64,000 nucleotides of DNA from contig OY762911.1 in assembly GCA_963666565.1 (NCBI GenBank), positions 3,680,001 through 3,744,000 on the forward strand. The letters are read 5' to 3'. Within the stretch, counting starts at the first letter, position 1. Every line of letters starts with the position of its first letter. The notes below the pieces were generated by a model. The model was not told the DNA's origin. It worked only from the letters and a program-made list of their open reading frames with translations, and searched no databases. The position numbers and the translations under genes were made by a program. Source of the DNA: Thermoanaerobaculia bacterium (GTDB lineage: Bacteria; Acidobacteriota; Thermoanaerobaculia; Multivoradales; Multivoraceae). Positions 22,101 to 31,161 of this stretch are shown here, one piece after another.

Positions 22101-22383
22101 CCACGGACTTGACCGCCTTCACGTCTTCCAGACCGCTGACCTCGTCCTCGATCTTGACGACGATGGACTCCTCCACCTCCTCCGGGGTCGCACCGGGGTA
22201 GGCCATCGTGACTTCGATGTGGTTAAAGGGGACGGTGGGCCACGCCTCCCGTTCGAGACCGGTCAGCGCCACGAGCCCCGCGGCGATGATGGCCCACATC
22301 AGCAGGTTGGCGGCAACACCGTTGCTCGCCATGTAGGTGATCGGTCCGGGCCGTTCGCCGTGGCTGCCGTCGTGGGAATTCAC
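19180..22383 (-). CDS. AcrB/AcrD/AcrF-family RND efflux permease (copy 1)
   Basis: YPGATPEEVEE, GIVVDDAIVV, GVVVNDSLV, RFRPIMLTS; 1067 aa. Confidence 0.95.
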   Translation of the reverse strand: MNSHDGSHGERPGPITYMASNGVAANLLMWAIIAAGLVALTGLEREAWPTVPFNHIEVTMAYPGATPEEVEESIVVKIEDEVSGLEDVKAVKSVAAPGMASVRVEMKSGTDMAKAQDEIESAVGRIQSFPGGAERPLFREMTNRQSMIRLVLYGDVSERSLKELAYQIEDQLTSLPGVSQVDISGVRNYEISVEVPLRRLRALGLTLGDVATPIRRSSLELSAGSIETRESQVRVRTLGQRYEQQDFEDIILLSKSDGTAVRLGDVAEVHDGFQNADLIVRHQDKPAAFIEVFRAEDEHAMGVANAVLAYVENELTPSLPDGLGVTVWNDESDAYTERASILLKNGALGLLLVLIALGLFLELRIAFWVAVGLAVSGIGALAVMLALDLAINAISLFSFVLAIGIVVDDAIVVAEYIHYERMRGTPGLTAAIRGTRRILVPLTFAVLTSVVAFIPLLFIPGGIGEVWGALPIIVIAMLLFSLVESTLVLPRHLSHLHGPEWKPTGPVDRVAARIQGGVDRALNRFLQGPLDHGLRFATAYPGVTIAGGVGLLVICVALVPAGIVPATFAENVEGDFATASLEMPDGTTAQRTYEVARELEAAGHRAIDRLSRDRPDDAPPLLSGVTVTVGHRPRIEGGGLNPEPTLNPEANIATIDFKLLGARQRQITSGDVVQAWREEAGVPPYVRGVTFSGEIIDLGNPVEAVLSHPDPERLAEIADSVVNELRAVGGVFDIRSDHTPGVPELQLELLPEARTLGLTLDDLASQTRAAFFGEEALRVQRGREEVRVYVRLPEVDRNAVTDVEGYLLRTPGGAEVPLSRVASLSSGMSPPAARRKDGQRVVTVTADVDPTVISGGEANDILEDVILKELTSADPNLTYSFGGEQQQQLDSLGALYRGFAIALLMIFALLAIPLRSYTKPFLVMAVIPFGFIGVILGHLFLGIPLSAVSFMAFFGLAGVVVNDSLVMIDFIDQELREGFSARDAIVEGAKGRFRPIMLTSLTSFLGFTPLILEPSIQAQFLVPFAASLGCGIAITTSLLMLLVPALYTIHLRLTSRRRAPGPALEAA

Positions 22384-22460
22384 TTGTGTTCCATGGGCTT
22401 ATGAAAGTAGCCGCTCTCCTCGTTGAGAAGCAGCAGGATCAGCTCGTAAGCCAGGTTCAC
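22380..22460 (-). pseudogene. 5' relic of a third GPP34-P450 gene fused to a short foreign tail
   Basis: GTG-NLAYELILLLLNEESGYFH-KPMEHK* aligns with LTDELILMLLNEENGWFH (copy 1) and FAEQLLLLLHSQDTGYFV (copy 2); its TGA overlaps the RND GTG. Confidence 0.8.
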
Positions 22461-23410
22461 GGCTGCCCCCAGTTGGCGCCTTGCGACTCCGAAGCCCCCG
22501 TTCGGGTTCGTACGACGAGCCAGGGGTCTCCCGGACGGAGTCCGGTTATGTCGGCGCGGTAACCGGCATGCGGCGCGAAACGGCGGCTTCCGGGCGTTCC
22601 GGCTCGCCAGCGGTAGAAGAGAGGTTTGCGGGGCGACATCCGCTCGACCCAGGCCGGCACGGTTCCGGCCCGCGACGGACCGGCGGATGCCGGAGCGTCG
22701 TGAGTGGCCGGGCCTGTCCCCATTTCGTCCACGCGAAGCCACGGCGCACGAAAGCCCACCGACGGCCTGCGTGGCACCTGTCGGATAATGGCAACGATGA
22801 GCAGCAGCCATGTCATGCGAGTACCACCCCTGAGTGTCCGTAACTCGCGCAAGCGGACGCCACGATGATTACACAAATCGGAGGTTGTAGTCTCGAAGCA
22901 GACACGGAGGCTCTCACGGCGATAGAGGACTGTCAAGCCTCAGCACCGGCGAGCAGTCGGCGAGCTCTCAACCAGTCGGTCCCGGGAGAATCTGGCTACT
23001 CGTGCCAGTGGCGAACTCGTGGCGGTACCAGAGACAGCCGTGTACAAAGCAGATCAGCTGGAGGCGCTGACTCTCTGAGGAGCGACCACAATGGGGACGT
23101 CGGTGCTTCAGCCAGCGGCAGAGCACCTTCAGGTGGCGGCGCACAGCCGCCATTCAGAAGCGGCGAAAGCGCCAAGGCTCAGCGCGGCAGGAGTCCAGCC
23201 GGCGAAGGCACCGGCGCAGCCGGTGCCGCCACGCAAGCCCCGTCGCCGGCGAGGAACCTCTTACGGAACAACCTCGCCGGGCTGGTCTCGGCGGGGATCA
23301 TCACGCCGTTCGCCGTGTACGAGTGGCTCTGCCCGCGCGCGGTCCCCAGCGTGACCGAGAACGTAAGCTGGCTGGCCCAGCAATCCAGGGTAGCGAAGGA
23401 GCGCGGTCAA

Positions 23411-23747
23411 GTGTCAACAAGCCCTCTGCGGATGTGACGCCAGTTTCCGACTCTTCCCCGACACGCACCACAGCTTCGACCGCGACACGCCCGTGGAACT
23501 GGTTCCCGACGCATCCGTCAGTCCGGGGTCTCCGACGATCTACATCGGCGACGACGGCCACTTCGTGCATCCGGTGACCGGCGAGGCCGATCCCGGCTTC
23601 ACCGAACGCGACGCGATGATCTACCAGGTCAAGTCGCCCTACGGCCGCAGCGGCGCCCGAATCGGCACCGCCGGTGACCAGGCACGTGCGTTCCACGAGG
23701 ACATGATGACGTTCTGGACCGATGCGCTGTCAGTCGCCCACGTCTGA
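23411..23747 (+). pseudogene. Internally deleted copy of the DLH-like hydrolase
   Basis: First 12 nt of the gene joined to the equivalent of 16679 onward (16026-16678 equivalent, 653 nt, missing; out of frame); the catalytic Ser and Asp are lost. Confidence 0.92.
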
Positions 23748-23760
23748 CTCGACCTGGGCC

Positions 23761-24159
23761 TCAAAGCAACGGGTGCGCTTCGGCGCGCGCCGCAGCCGCA
23801 AGCGCGTTGTCCAGCGTCGCAAGGGGCGCGCCCGCGCGCAGCGCCAGCTCGAGGTAGAGAGCATCGTAGACCGAGACTCCACGCGCTCTGGCCAGCGTGA
23901 ACGCCGCATCGAAGCTCGGCGCCGAGTCGGTACGCACGGGCAGCCCGCCGACCTGGCGCAGCCGGGAATCCACGTCCTCCGGGCGCAGCCGGCGGCGGCG
24001 TTCGGCCCCGAGGAGCGCGCTTCTCACTTCCACGTGCCAGACCACCGGAACCAGGGCGGTCTCAACGCCAAGTCGCTCGAGCGGCGCTTCCGTACGCGGC
24101 TCGTCCTCGTCGTCGAGGAGCCACGCAACCGCGACCGAGGCATCGAGAACGAAGCTCAC
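23761..24159 (-). CDS. vapC: VapC/PIN-domain toxin
   Basis: VSFVLDASVAVAWLL..EVRSAL..SVYDALYLELA..LATLD; GTG overlaps the antitoxin TGA. Confidence 0.9.
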   Translation of the reverse strand: MSFVLDASVAVAWLLDDEDEPRTEAPLERLGVETALVPVVWHVEVRSALLGAERRRRLRPEDVDSRLRQVGGLPVRTDSAPSFDAAFTLARARGVSVYDALYLELALRAGAPLATLDNALAAAARAEAHPLL

Positions 24160-24323
24160 CGGTGTCGCCCCTCCCGGATGAGATCGAGCACCTCTTCCGT
24201 CATCATTCCGACACGCGGCCGCCGTGCCCGCCAAGCTCGAAACCTCTCCGCAGCCGCGCGGTCGGCGTCCCGGCGATGGTCGGGCGGCGGAGCCAGGTTC
24301 GCGACGGTCCTGCCGCGGCGGGT
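24156..24323 (-). pseudogene. Phd/YefM-type antitoxin, 5'-truncated
   Basis: TRRGRTVANLAP..EEVLDLIREGRHR* matches the C-terminal half of Phd antitoxins; no Phd N-terminus or plausible start codon upstream. Confidence 0.75.
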
Positions 24324-24471
24324 CGCGGCACCGCCGCGGCAACACAGACGGCGGGGTGGAGATCCGGGATGGTCGCCCGGCGCAGTCGGCCCGCGACGAC
24401 CGCGTCCGCGCCGGCCGAGCCGGCGCCGTCGCGCTAGAATCGCCGAACCGTCTCCAGAATCTCCGGATACA

Positions 24472-27400
24472 GTGACTTCCAACGGCAGCAACCACGGCGA
24501 GCGGCCCGGGCCGATCGCTTACATGGCGAGCAACGGCGTCGCCGCCAACCTGTTGATGTGGGCGATCATCGCCGCGGGCGTCGTGTCGCTGACCGGCCTC
24601 CAGAGGGAAGCGTGGCCGGAGGTGCCGTTCTTCCAGATCGAGATCTCGATGGCCTACCCCGGCGCCACGCCGGAGGAGGTCGAGGAGTCGATCGTCGTCA
24701 AGATCGAGGACGAGGTCAGCGGCCTGGAGGACGTCAAGTCGGTCAAGTCGGTGGCGGCGCCGGGGATGGCTTCCGTCCGGGTCGAGGTGAAATCGGGCAC
24801 CGACATGGGGCGGGCGATGGACGAGATCGAGTCCGCCGTCGGCCGCATCCAGTCGTTCCCGGGCGAAGCCGAGCGCCCGCAGTTCCGGGAGATGACGAAC
24901 CTCCAGAGCATGATCCGGCTCATCGTCCACGGCGACGTCTCGGAGCGCTCGCTGAAGGAGCTGGCGCACCGGGTCGAGGACGAGCTCACGTCCCTCTCCG
25001 GCGTGTCCCAAGTCGAGATCAGCGGGGTGCGGAACTACGAGATCTCCATCGAGGTCCCGCTGCGGCAGCTTCGCGCCCTCGGACTCACCCTGGGCGACGT
25101 GGCGAGCGCGGTGCGCCGCAGTTCGCTGGACCTGTCCGCGGGCAGCATCGACACGCAGGAGTCGCAGGTGCGGGTTCGCACCCTCGGCCAGCGCTACGAC
25201 CAGCAGGAGTTCGAGGACATCATCGTCCTCAGCCGCGCCGACGGCACGGTGGTGCGGCTGGGCGACATCGCCGAGGTCCGCGACGACTTCCAGGACATCG
25301 ACCTGATCGTCCGCCACCAGAACCACCCCGCGGTCTTCGTCGAGATCTACCGCGCCGACGACGAGCAGGTCATGAGCGTCGCCAACGCCGTCCGCGAGCA
25401 CCTGGCGAACGAGATCGTCCCCTCCCTGCCCGACGGCGTCGGCGTCACCATCTGGAACGACGAGTCGCAGGTCTACGAGGAGCGCGCCGGCCTCCTCGTC
25501 AAGAACGGCCTTCTCGGGCTGCTGCTGGTGCTCATCGCTCTGGGCCTGTTCCTCGAGCTCCGGCTCGCGATCTGGGTCGCCGTCGGGCTCCTCATCGCGG
25601 GCATCGGCGCGCTGGCCGCGATGTTCATGCTGGACCTGGCAATCAACACGATCTCCCTGTTCTCCTTCGTCCTCGCCATCGGCATCGTCGTCGACGACGC
25701 GATCGTCGTCGCCGACAACATCCACGCGGAACGGAGACGAGGCACGCCGGGCGTCGCGGCCGCCATCCGCGGCACCCGGCGGATCGTGGTGCCGCTGACC
25801 TTCGCCGTCCTGACGTCCGTGGCGGCGTTCGTTCCCCTGCTCTTCATACCCGGCGGAATCGGCGAGATCTGGAGCGCCTTGCCGGTCATCCTCATCGCGA
25901 TGCTGCTGGTCTCGCTCGTCGAGTCGGTCTTCGTGCTGCCCAACCACCTGTCGCACCTGCGGGACCCGGCAAGCCCGCCGTCGAACGCCGTCGAGCGGTT
26001 CATCCGGCGGATTCAGGGCCGGGTGGATTTCGCGCTGAACCGGTTCGTGCAGGGCCCACTCGACAAGGGGCTCAAGTTCGCGACCGACCAGCCCGCCGTG
26101 ACGATGGCGGCGGCCGTCGGACTGCTCATCCTGAGTTTCTCCCTGGTGGCGGCGGGGATCGTTCCGACGACGTTCGCCGACACGATCGAGGGGGACTTCG
26201 CCACGGCCAGCCTCGAGATGCCGGACGGCACGACGGCCGAACGGACGTACGAAGTCGCGCGGGAACTGGAGGCGGCGGGCCACCGCGTGATCGAGCGGCT
26301 TTCGCGCGACCGGCCGCCGGACGCGCCGCCGCTGCTTTCGGGCGTCACCGTAACCGTCGGTCAGAGGCCGCGGGTCGAGGGCGGCGGCCTCAACCCGGAG
26401 CCCAGCCTGAACCCGGAGGCGAACGTCGCCACGATCGACTTCAAGCTGGTGGGCGCGCAGGAACGGGAGATCTCGAGCGGCGAGGTCGTGCAGGCGTGGC
26501 GCGAGGAGGTCGGCATGCTGCCCTACGTGCGCGGCATCACGTTCAGCGGCGAGGTGCTCGACCTCGGCAGCCCGGTCGCGGCGGTGCTCTCCCACCCGGA
26601 ACCGGACAAGCTCGTCGAGGCCGCCGAGACCGTGGTGAACGGCCTTCAGCGACTGGGCGGCGTGTTCGACATCCGATCGGACCACACGCCGGGCGTTCCC
26701 GAGATCCAGCTCGAACTCCGGCCCGAAGCGCGAACCCTCGGACTCACGCTCGACCAGTTGGCCGGACAGGCTCGCGACGCCTTCTTCGGTTCCGAGGCCC
26801 TGCGGGTGCAACGCGGCGGCGAGGAGGTTCGGGTCTACGTGCGGCTGCCCGCCGCGGAACGGAACGCCATCACGGACATCGAGGGGTACCTGCTCCGCAC
26901 GCCGAACGGGGCCGAGGTGCCGTTGTACCAGGTGGCCCGCCTGAACTCCGGCACCTCGCCGCCCGCCATCCGGCGCGAGGACGGTCAACGCGTCGTCACC
27001 GTCACTGCGGACGTGGACTCCACGGTGATCTCCGGCGGCGAGGCGAACGGAATCCTCGAAGACACGATTCTCGCCGAGCTCGTCGCCGCCGACCCCGAAC
27101 TGAGCTACAGCTTCGGGGGCGAACAGCAGCAGCAGATCGAGTCCCTGGACTCGCTGTACCGGGGGTTCGCGATCGCCCTCCTGCTGATCTTCGCGCTGCT
27201 GGCGATTCCGCTCCGTTCCTACACCAAGCCGTTCATCATCATGGCCGTCATCCCGTTCGGCTTCATCGGCGTGATCCTGGGCCACCTCATCCTGGGCATC
27301 GAGATGAGCGCGGTCTCCTTCATGGGGATCTTCGGCCTGAGCGGCGTCGTCGTGAACGACTCGCTCGTCATGATCGACCTTATCGACCGGAAGCTCAAGG

Positions 27401-27696
27401 AGGGCGCCCCCGCGCGGACCGCGATCGTCGAAGGCGCCAAGGGCCGGTTCCGCCCCATCATGCTGACCTCCGTGACCACCTTCCTCGGCTTCACGCCGCT
27501 CATCCTCGAGCCGGCTATCCAGGCCCAGTTCCTGGTGCCGTTCGCGGCGTCGCTGGGCTGCGGCATCGTCATCACGACGGCGATCCTGATGTTCGTCGTC
27601 CCGGCGCTGTCGTCCCTCCATCTGCACGTGACCGGCGGCCACCGCAGCGCCGCCGCAGCGCCGCCCGCCGAGGCGGCTACACAGCCCGCCGGCTAG
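24472..27696 (+). CDS. AcrB/AcrD/AcrF-family RND efflux permease (copy 2)
   Basis: GTG 24472; colinear paralog of 19180-22383 with the same motifs; its TAG shares CTAG (27693-27696) with the convergent gene. Confidence 0.95.
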   Translation: MTSNGSNHGERPGPIAYMASNGVAANLLMWAIIAAGVVSLTGLQREAWPEVPFFQIEISMAYPGATPEEVEESIVVKIEDEVSGLEDVKSVKSVAAPGMASVRVEVKSGTDMGRAMDEIESAVGRIQSFPGEAERPQFREMTNLQSMIRLIVHGDVSERSLKELAHRVEDELTSLSGVSQVEISGVRNYEISIEVPLRQLRALGLTLGDVASAVRRSSLDLSAGSIDTQESQVRVRTLGQRYDQQEFEDIIVLSRADGTVVRLGDIAEVRDDFQDIDLIVRHQNHPAVFVEIYRADDEQVMSVANAVREHLANEIVPSLPDGVGVTIWNDESQVYEERAGLLVKNGLLGLLLVLIALGLFLELRLAIWVAVGLLIAGIGALAAMFMLDLAINTISLFSFVLAIGIVVDDAIVVADNIHAERRRGTPGVAAAIRGTRRIVVPLTFAVLTSVAAFVPLLFIPGGIGEIWSALPVILIAMLLVSLVESVFVLPNHLSHLRDPASPPSNAVERFIRRIQGRVDFALNRFVQGPLDKGLKFATDQPAVTMAAAVGLLILSFSLVAAGIVPTTFADTIEGDFATASLEMPDGTTAERTYEVARELEAAGHRVIERLSRDRPPDAPPLLSGVTVTVGQRPRVEGGGLNPEPSLNPEANVATIDFKLVGAQEREISSGEVVQAWREEVGMLPYVRGITFSGEVLDLGSPVAAVLSHPEPDKLVEAAETVVNGLQRLGGVFDIRSDHTPGVPEIQLELRPEARTLGLTLDQLAGQARDAFFGSEALRVQRGGEEVRVYVRLPAAERNAITDIEGYLLRTPNGAEVPLYQVARLNSGTSPPAIRREDGQRVVTVTADVDSTVISGGEANGILEDTILAELVAADPELSYSFGGEQQQQIESLDSLYRGFAIALLLIFALLAIPLRSYTKPFIIMAVIPFGFIGVILGHLILGIEMSAVSFMGIFGLSGVVVNDSLVMIDLIDRKLKEGAPARTAIVEGAKGRFRPIMLTSVTTFLGFTPLILEPAIQAQFLVPFAASLGCGIVITTAILMFVVPALSSLHLHVTGGHRSAAAAPPAEAATQPAG

Positions 27697-29090
27697 CGCC
27701 TGGCCTTTCTCAACCTCCAGCCGTACATGATGCCGCCGTAGTGGTTGAAGGACGCCCGCGCCTCCGGGTCGTCGAAGGGGTAGTCCGCCCCGATCTGCCT
27801 GGCCGCGGCAAGGCCGGTGACGAAGCAGGTCTCCTGGCTGTTGATCAGCGTGTGGGCGCCGCAGTGCCAGGCGCCCTTCCTGCCCTGGATGAAGCGGAAC
27901 AGAGGCACGAGCAGCGCGACGTGGCGCACGTCGTGGACGACGTGCTGGAACCACCACCTCTTGACGATCTTGTTCTCGTCGATCCGGCTGACCGGGTTGT
28001 ACGTCACCAGGCAGGGCTTGTCGGACCCGTGGGCCCACGGCTGCTGGTTGTGCATGATGTACGTGATCTCGTAGTTGTCCGGCCGTGACCCGTACTGCTC
28101 GATGTGGTTGCTCCGGGTCTCCAGCGCCTTCACGTCGCTCTCGGGGAGCACCGACGCATCCGAGTGGACGATCGCGTGGTTGTGGAGCTCGCTCTCGTAG
28201 CGGATCGACGAGAGGATCCAGCGCTCGAGGAGCGACGGCTGGTCGAGGATCATCAGCGTCTGGTTCGCGTTGCAGGCGAAGATCACCTGGTCGAACGTCT
28301 CCTCTACCCCCTCCTCGTCCTTCACCACGACGCCGGAGGAGCGGCGATACACCTTCCGGACCGGCCGTTCGAGGTAGATCTTGTCCCGGAAGCCAGCCGA
28401 CAGGTTCTCGTAAATCCGGCGGGTTCCTCGGTCCCACGTCTGCATCGGCGTGGCGCGCTCGATGTCGAAGAACTCGAGGTACCTCGAGAAGAGCGACGCC
28501 GGCATGTCGAACACGTTCGTCGCCATCAGGAAGTTGACGAACATCGGCTTCAGGACCTTGTACCTGAAGTCGCCGGACAGGCCGTGCCAGTTGAGCAGCG
28601 TCCCCATGCTGACGTAGTTGTAGGGGTTGAGCGCGTTCAGGAGCTTCGACCGGGAACGGGTCAGCCGGCCGAACCGGTGAAGGCGCTTCAGGAGGCGCTG
28701 GAACTTCTCGATCTCGGCCTCAAGGTCCTCCCGGATGTCCGAGTCGAAGTCGTGGGCGTAGACTTGACCACGGTACTTGACGCTGTAGCTGAACCTGGTG
28801 TCGAGCAGCTCGATGCCGAACTCCTCCAGCAGCAGCAGGATGTGCCGGTACACCGACGGGATGCAGGCGGTGACGGAGATGTCGAACGGGATCGAACTGC
28901 CGTCTTCCTGCGGCATGTCGGCGGTGACCGCGTTGCCGCCGAGCTGAGCCTGGGCTTCGTACAGCCGGACGTCGAAGCGGTCCGGATGGCGGTGGAGCGC
29001 CCAAGCGGCGGCAAGGCCCGAGATGCCGCCGCCGACGATGGCGATCCGGCGCGGAGTCCGGCCCTCTCCATCTCCAGCAGCCCGTGACAT
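27693..29090 (-). CDS. FAD-dependent oxidoreductase (amine-oxidase/COG2907-like)
   Basis: IAIVGGGISGLAAA (Rossmann), YEAQAQLGG, IQGRKGAWHCGA..QETCFVTG. Confidence 0.85.
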   Translation of the reverse strand: MSRAAGDGEGRTPRRIAIVGGGISGLAAAWALHRHPDRFDVRLYEAQAQLGGNAVTADMPQEDGSSIPFDISVTACIPSVYRHILLLLEEFGIELLDTRFSYSVKYRGQVYAHDFDSDIREDLEAEIEKFQRLLKRLHRFGRLTRSRSKLLNALNPYNYVSMGTLLNWHGLSGDFRYKVLKPMFVNFLMATNVFDMPASLFSRYLEFFDIERATPMQTWDRGTRRIYENLSAGFRDKIYLERPVRKVYRRSSGVVVKDEEGVEETFDQVIFACNANQTLMILDQPSLLERWILSSIRYESELHNHAIVHSDASVLPESDVKALETRSNHIEQYGSRPDNYEITYIMHNQQPWAHGSDKPCLVTYNPVSRIDENKIVKRWWFQHVVHDVRHVALLVPLFRFIQGRKGAWHCGAHTLINSQETCFVTGLAAARQIGADYPFDDPEARASFNHYGGIMYGWRLRKARR

Positions 29091-29114
29091 CGCGTTCGCG
29101 CCCGCAACTGCCGC

Positions 29115-31118
29115 CTAGGCGGCGGATCCGAGAGGATGCCGGTGCCCGGTGACCCGGAACTTGAACTTCTTGTTGACGCTGTTCTTGGGGAAGGGACTCA
29201 GCTTCAATCGGTAGTCGCGCGGCACCATCTCCAGTTCCAGGTGGCGGGCGAGCATGAGCACGTTCATGACCATCTGCAGACGGGTCCAGTTCGCCCCGCC
29301 GCATACGTGCGTGCCGACGCCGAACGGCATGTAGATGCCCGCGCCCTTGTGTTCGTTGCGCGGTTCCACGTAGCGGTCGATATCGAACTCCTGCGGTTCC
29401 GGGAAGTACCTCTCCATGTGGTGGGGCGCTGAGAAGGAGAGCATCACGGTGCTGCCGGCGGGTACCTCGATGCCCCCGATCTCGAAGGAGTTCATGGCGG
29501 TCCGCAGGTGTACTGGAACGACCTCGTGGAGCCGCAGCACTTCCATGACGAAACGGCGCGACGCATCGGTCGCGTCCGGCGTCAGGTCGGCCGCGGTCGG
29601 GTCTCCGCCCGCGAACAGCGCGTCCGCTTCGGCCACGATCCGCTCGTGGCAGCCGGGGTTCGCCAGCATCTCGTAGATGGAGAAGGCCACCGCGCTGCCC
29701 GTGTAGTGACCGGCGATGATCGGGGCGATCAACGCGAAGCCCAGGTCGGTTTCGGGCAGATACTGCGGATCCGCCTGGTGCAGCTCCAGCAGATCGTCGA
29801 CCAGGTCCCGGCGCCTTCCCGCGCGCTGCGCCTCGCTGTGGCTTGCGTGGATCAGGCCGTAGAGATCCAGCACGCGCTTCTTGCGGCGCTTCATCGCCGG
29901 AGTGCGCAGCGTGAACCTGGGCATCAGGCCCACCGTATGGACCATGAGCGCCCGGTACTCGAAGAGCAGCAGATCGTCGAGCAGCTCCTGAGAGGGATCG
30001 AAGCTCACGCTCAGCCTGGCGATCTGCGCTCCGACCAGCCGCTGGCAGGTCATCTCGACGGGAAGCGCCTTGCCCACTTCCCACTCCCTGAAGGAGGCCC
30101 GGCAAAGCTCCACGAGTTCTCCCAGCCGGTCTTCGACGACCTTGCGGGAGTTGCCGGCGCGAACCGCCCGGCGCATGCGAAAGTGGTCCGCCCCGTCCAT
30201 GCTGGCGATGGACCGCGCGGTCCCCCACTCCTGCTGGAAGTCCTCCAGGTAGTCGCGTGTCCGGAGGTGGAGGCGGCCCTTCTTCGCTACCCACCGGTTC
30301 ACCTCGACCCCGGCGAGCACGATGAGCCGCCTGCCCGGCAGCTTCCACTCGAAGACCGGTCCGACCTCCTCGGCCGTCTCCGCGAAGAACCTGGGCAGGT
30401 TCGCGGCACGGAAGGCCTTCGAGGCGAGAGAGTCCCTGAGCCCCACCGTCGGCATGGGCCGACGGCGGGCCGAGCGCATGCTGGCCGGCGGACGATAGGA
30501 ACTGCGCACTGCGGGACCGATCGCCCTGCCGATCAGATCCATGTTGCTGTAGAGCTCGATGAGCTCCTCGGCGGCCTCGTACTCCTCCGGCTCCATCATG
30601 GCCTTGAAGCCGTCGCAGTAGTGGACGAGGCCGATGATCACGATGTCCCTGGGGTCGGGGAACTCGTTGTCCAGGAGGATGCGGAAGATGCGGCCCTTGA
30701 TCTCCTCGCCCGCCCAGCCGTCCACCAGGGGATAGCGGCCGGTACGGGTCACCTTCTTCGAGAGGGACCAGAAACCGCCGGCATCGGACTCGAAGATGCC
30801 CTTCTCGACCAGCCTCTCGATCGCGTCGTCGCTGATCTGGTCGGCGCGCTGGGCGAGCCGCTCCACCCAGTACTGCGGCGGATGCACCTCTTCCTCGCTC
30901 GCAAGGTCCTCCAGCGAAGGATCGAGCAGGCCGTCGCCCGTAGGCGTCGTATCGACGACGGTCAGCGTCTCCAGGTCCGAGTCGATCCGGTCCTCCATGG
31001 CGAGGTCCATGAGCACGGCCCCCGCCAGGGCGCACGACATCCGCCACTCGGGAATCGGCACGAAGTACCCGGTGTCCTGGCTGTGGAGCAACAGAAGAAG
31101 CTGTTCGGCGAATCTCAT
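29115..31118 (-). CDS. GPP34/GOLPH3-like domain fused to cytochrome P450 (copy 2)
   Basis: MRFAEQLLLLL..AGAVLMDLAMEDRID..TGDGLLD..YWVERLA; EVLR, FDIDRY, PFGVGTHVCGG. Confidence 0.88.
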   Translation of the reverse strand: MRFAEQLLLLLHSQDTGYFVPIPEWRMSCALAGAVLMDLAMEDRIDSDLETLTVVDTTPTGDGLLDPSLEDLASEEEVHPPQYWVERLAQRADQISDDAIERLVEKGIFESDAGGFWSLSKKVTRTGRYPLVDGWAGEEIKGRIFRILLDNEFPDPRDIVIIGLVHYCDGFKAMMEPEEYEAAEELIELYSNMDLIGRAIGPAVRSSYRPPASMRSARRRPMPTVGLRDSLASKAFRAANLPRFFAETAEEVGPVFEWKLPGRRLIVLAGVEVNRWVAKKGRLHLRTRDYLEDFQQEWGTARSIASMDGADHFRMRRAVRAGNSRKVVEDRLGELVELCRASFREWEVGKALPVEMTCQRLVGAQIARLSVSFDPSQELLDDLLLFEYRALMVHTVGLMPRFTLRTPAMKRRKKRVLDLYGLIHASHSEAQRAGRRRDLVDDLLELHQADPQYLPETDLGFALIAPIIAGHYTGSAVAFSIYEMLANPGCHERIVAEADALFAGGDPTAADLTPDATDASRRFVMEVLRLHEVVPVHLRTAMNSFEIGGIEVPAGSTVMLSFSAPHHMERYFPEPQEFDIDRYVEPRNEHKGAGIYMPFGVGTHVCGGANWTRLQMVMNVLMLARHLELEMVPRDYRLKLSPFPKNSVNKKFKFRVTGHRHPLGSAA

Positions 31119-31161
31119 CTCGACGCTTGTCCGGTGCGGCGCCCGGCAGAATCTCCTTGCC

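Noticed and set aside
23761-28437. 1558-aa minus-strand ORF
   Set aside because: Antisense shadow of RND2; only the last 132 codons (VapC) are real
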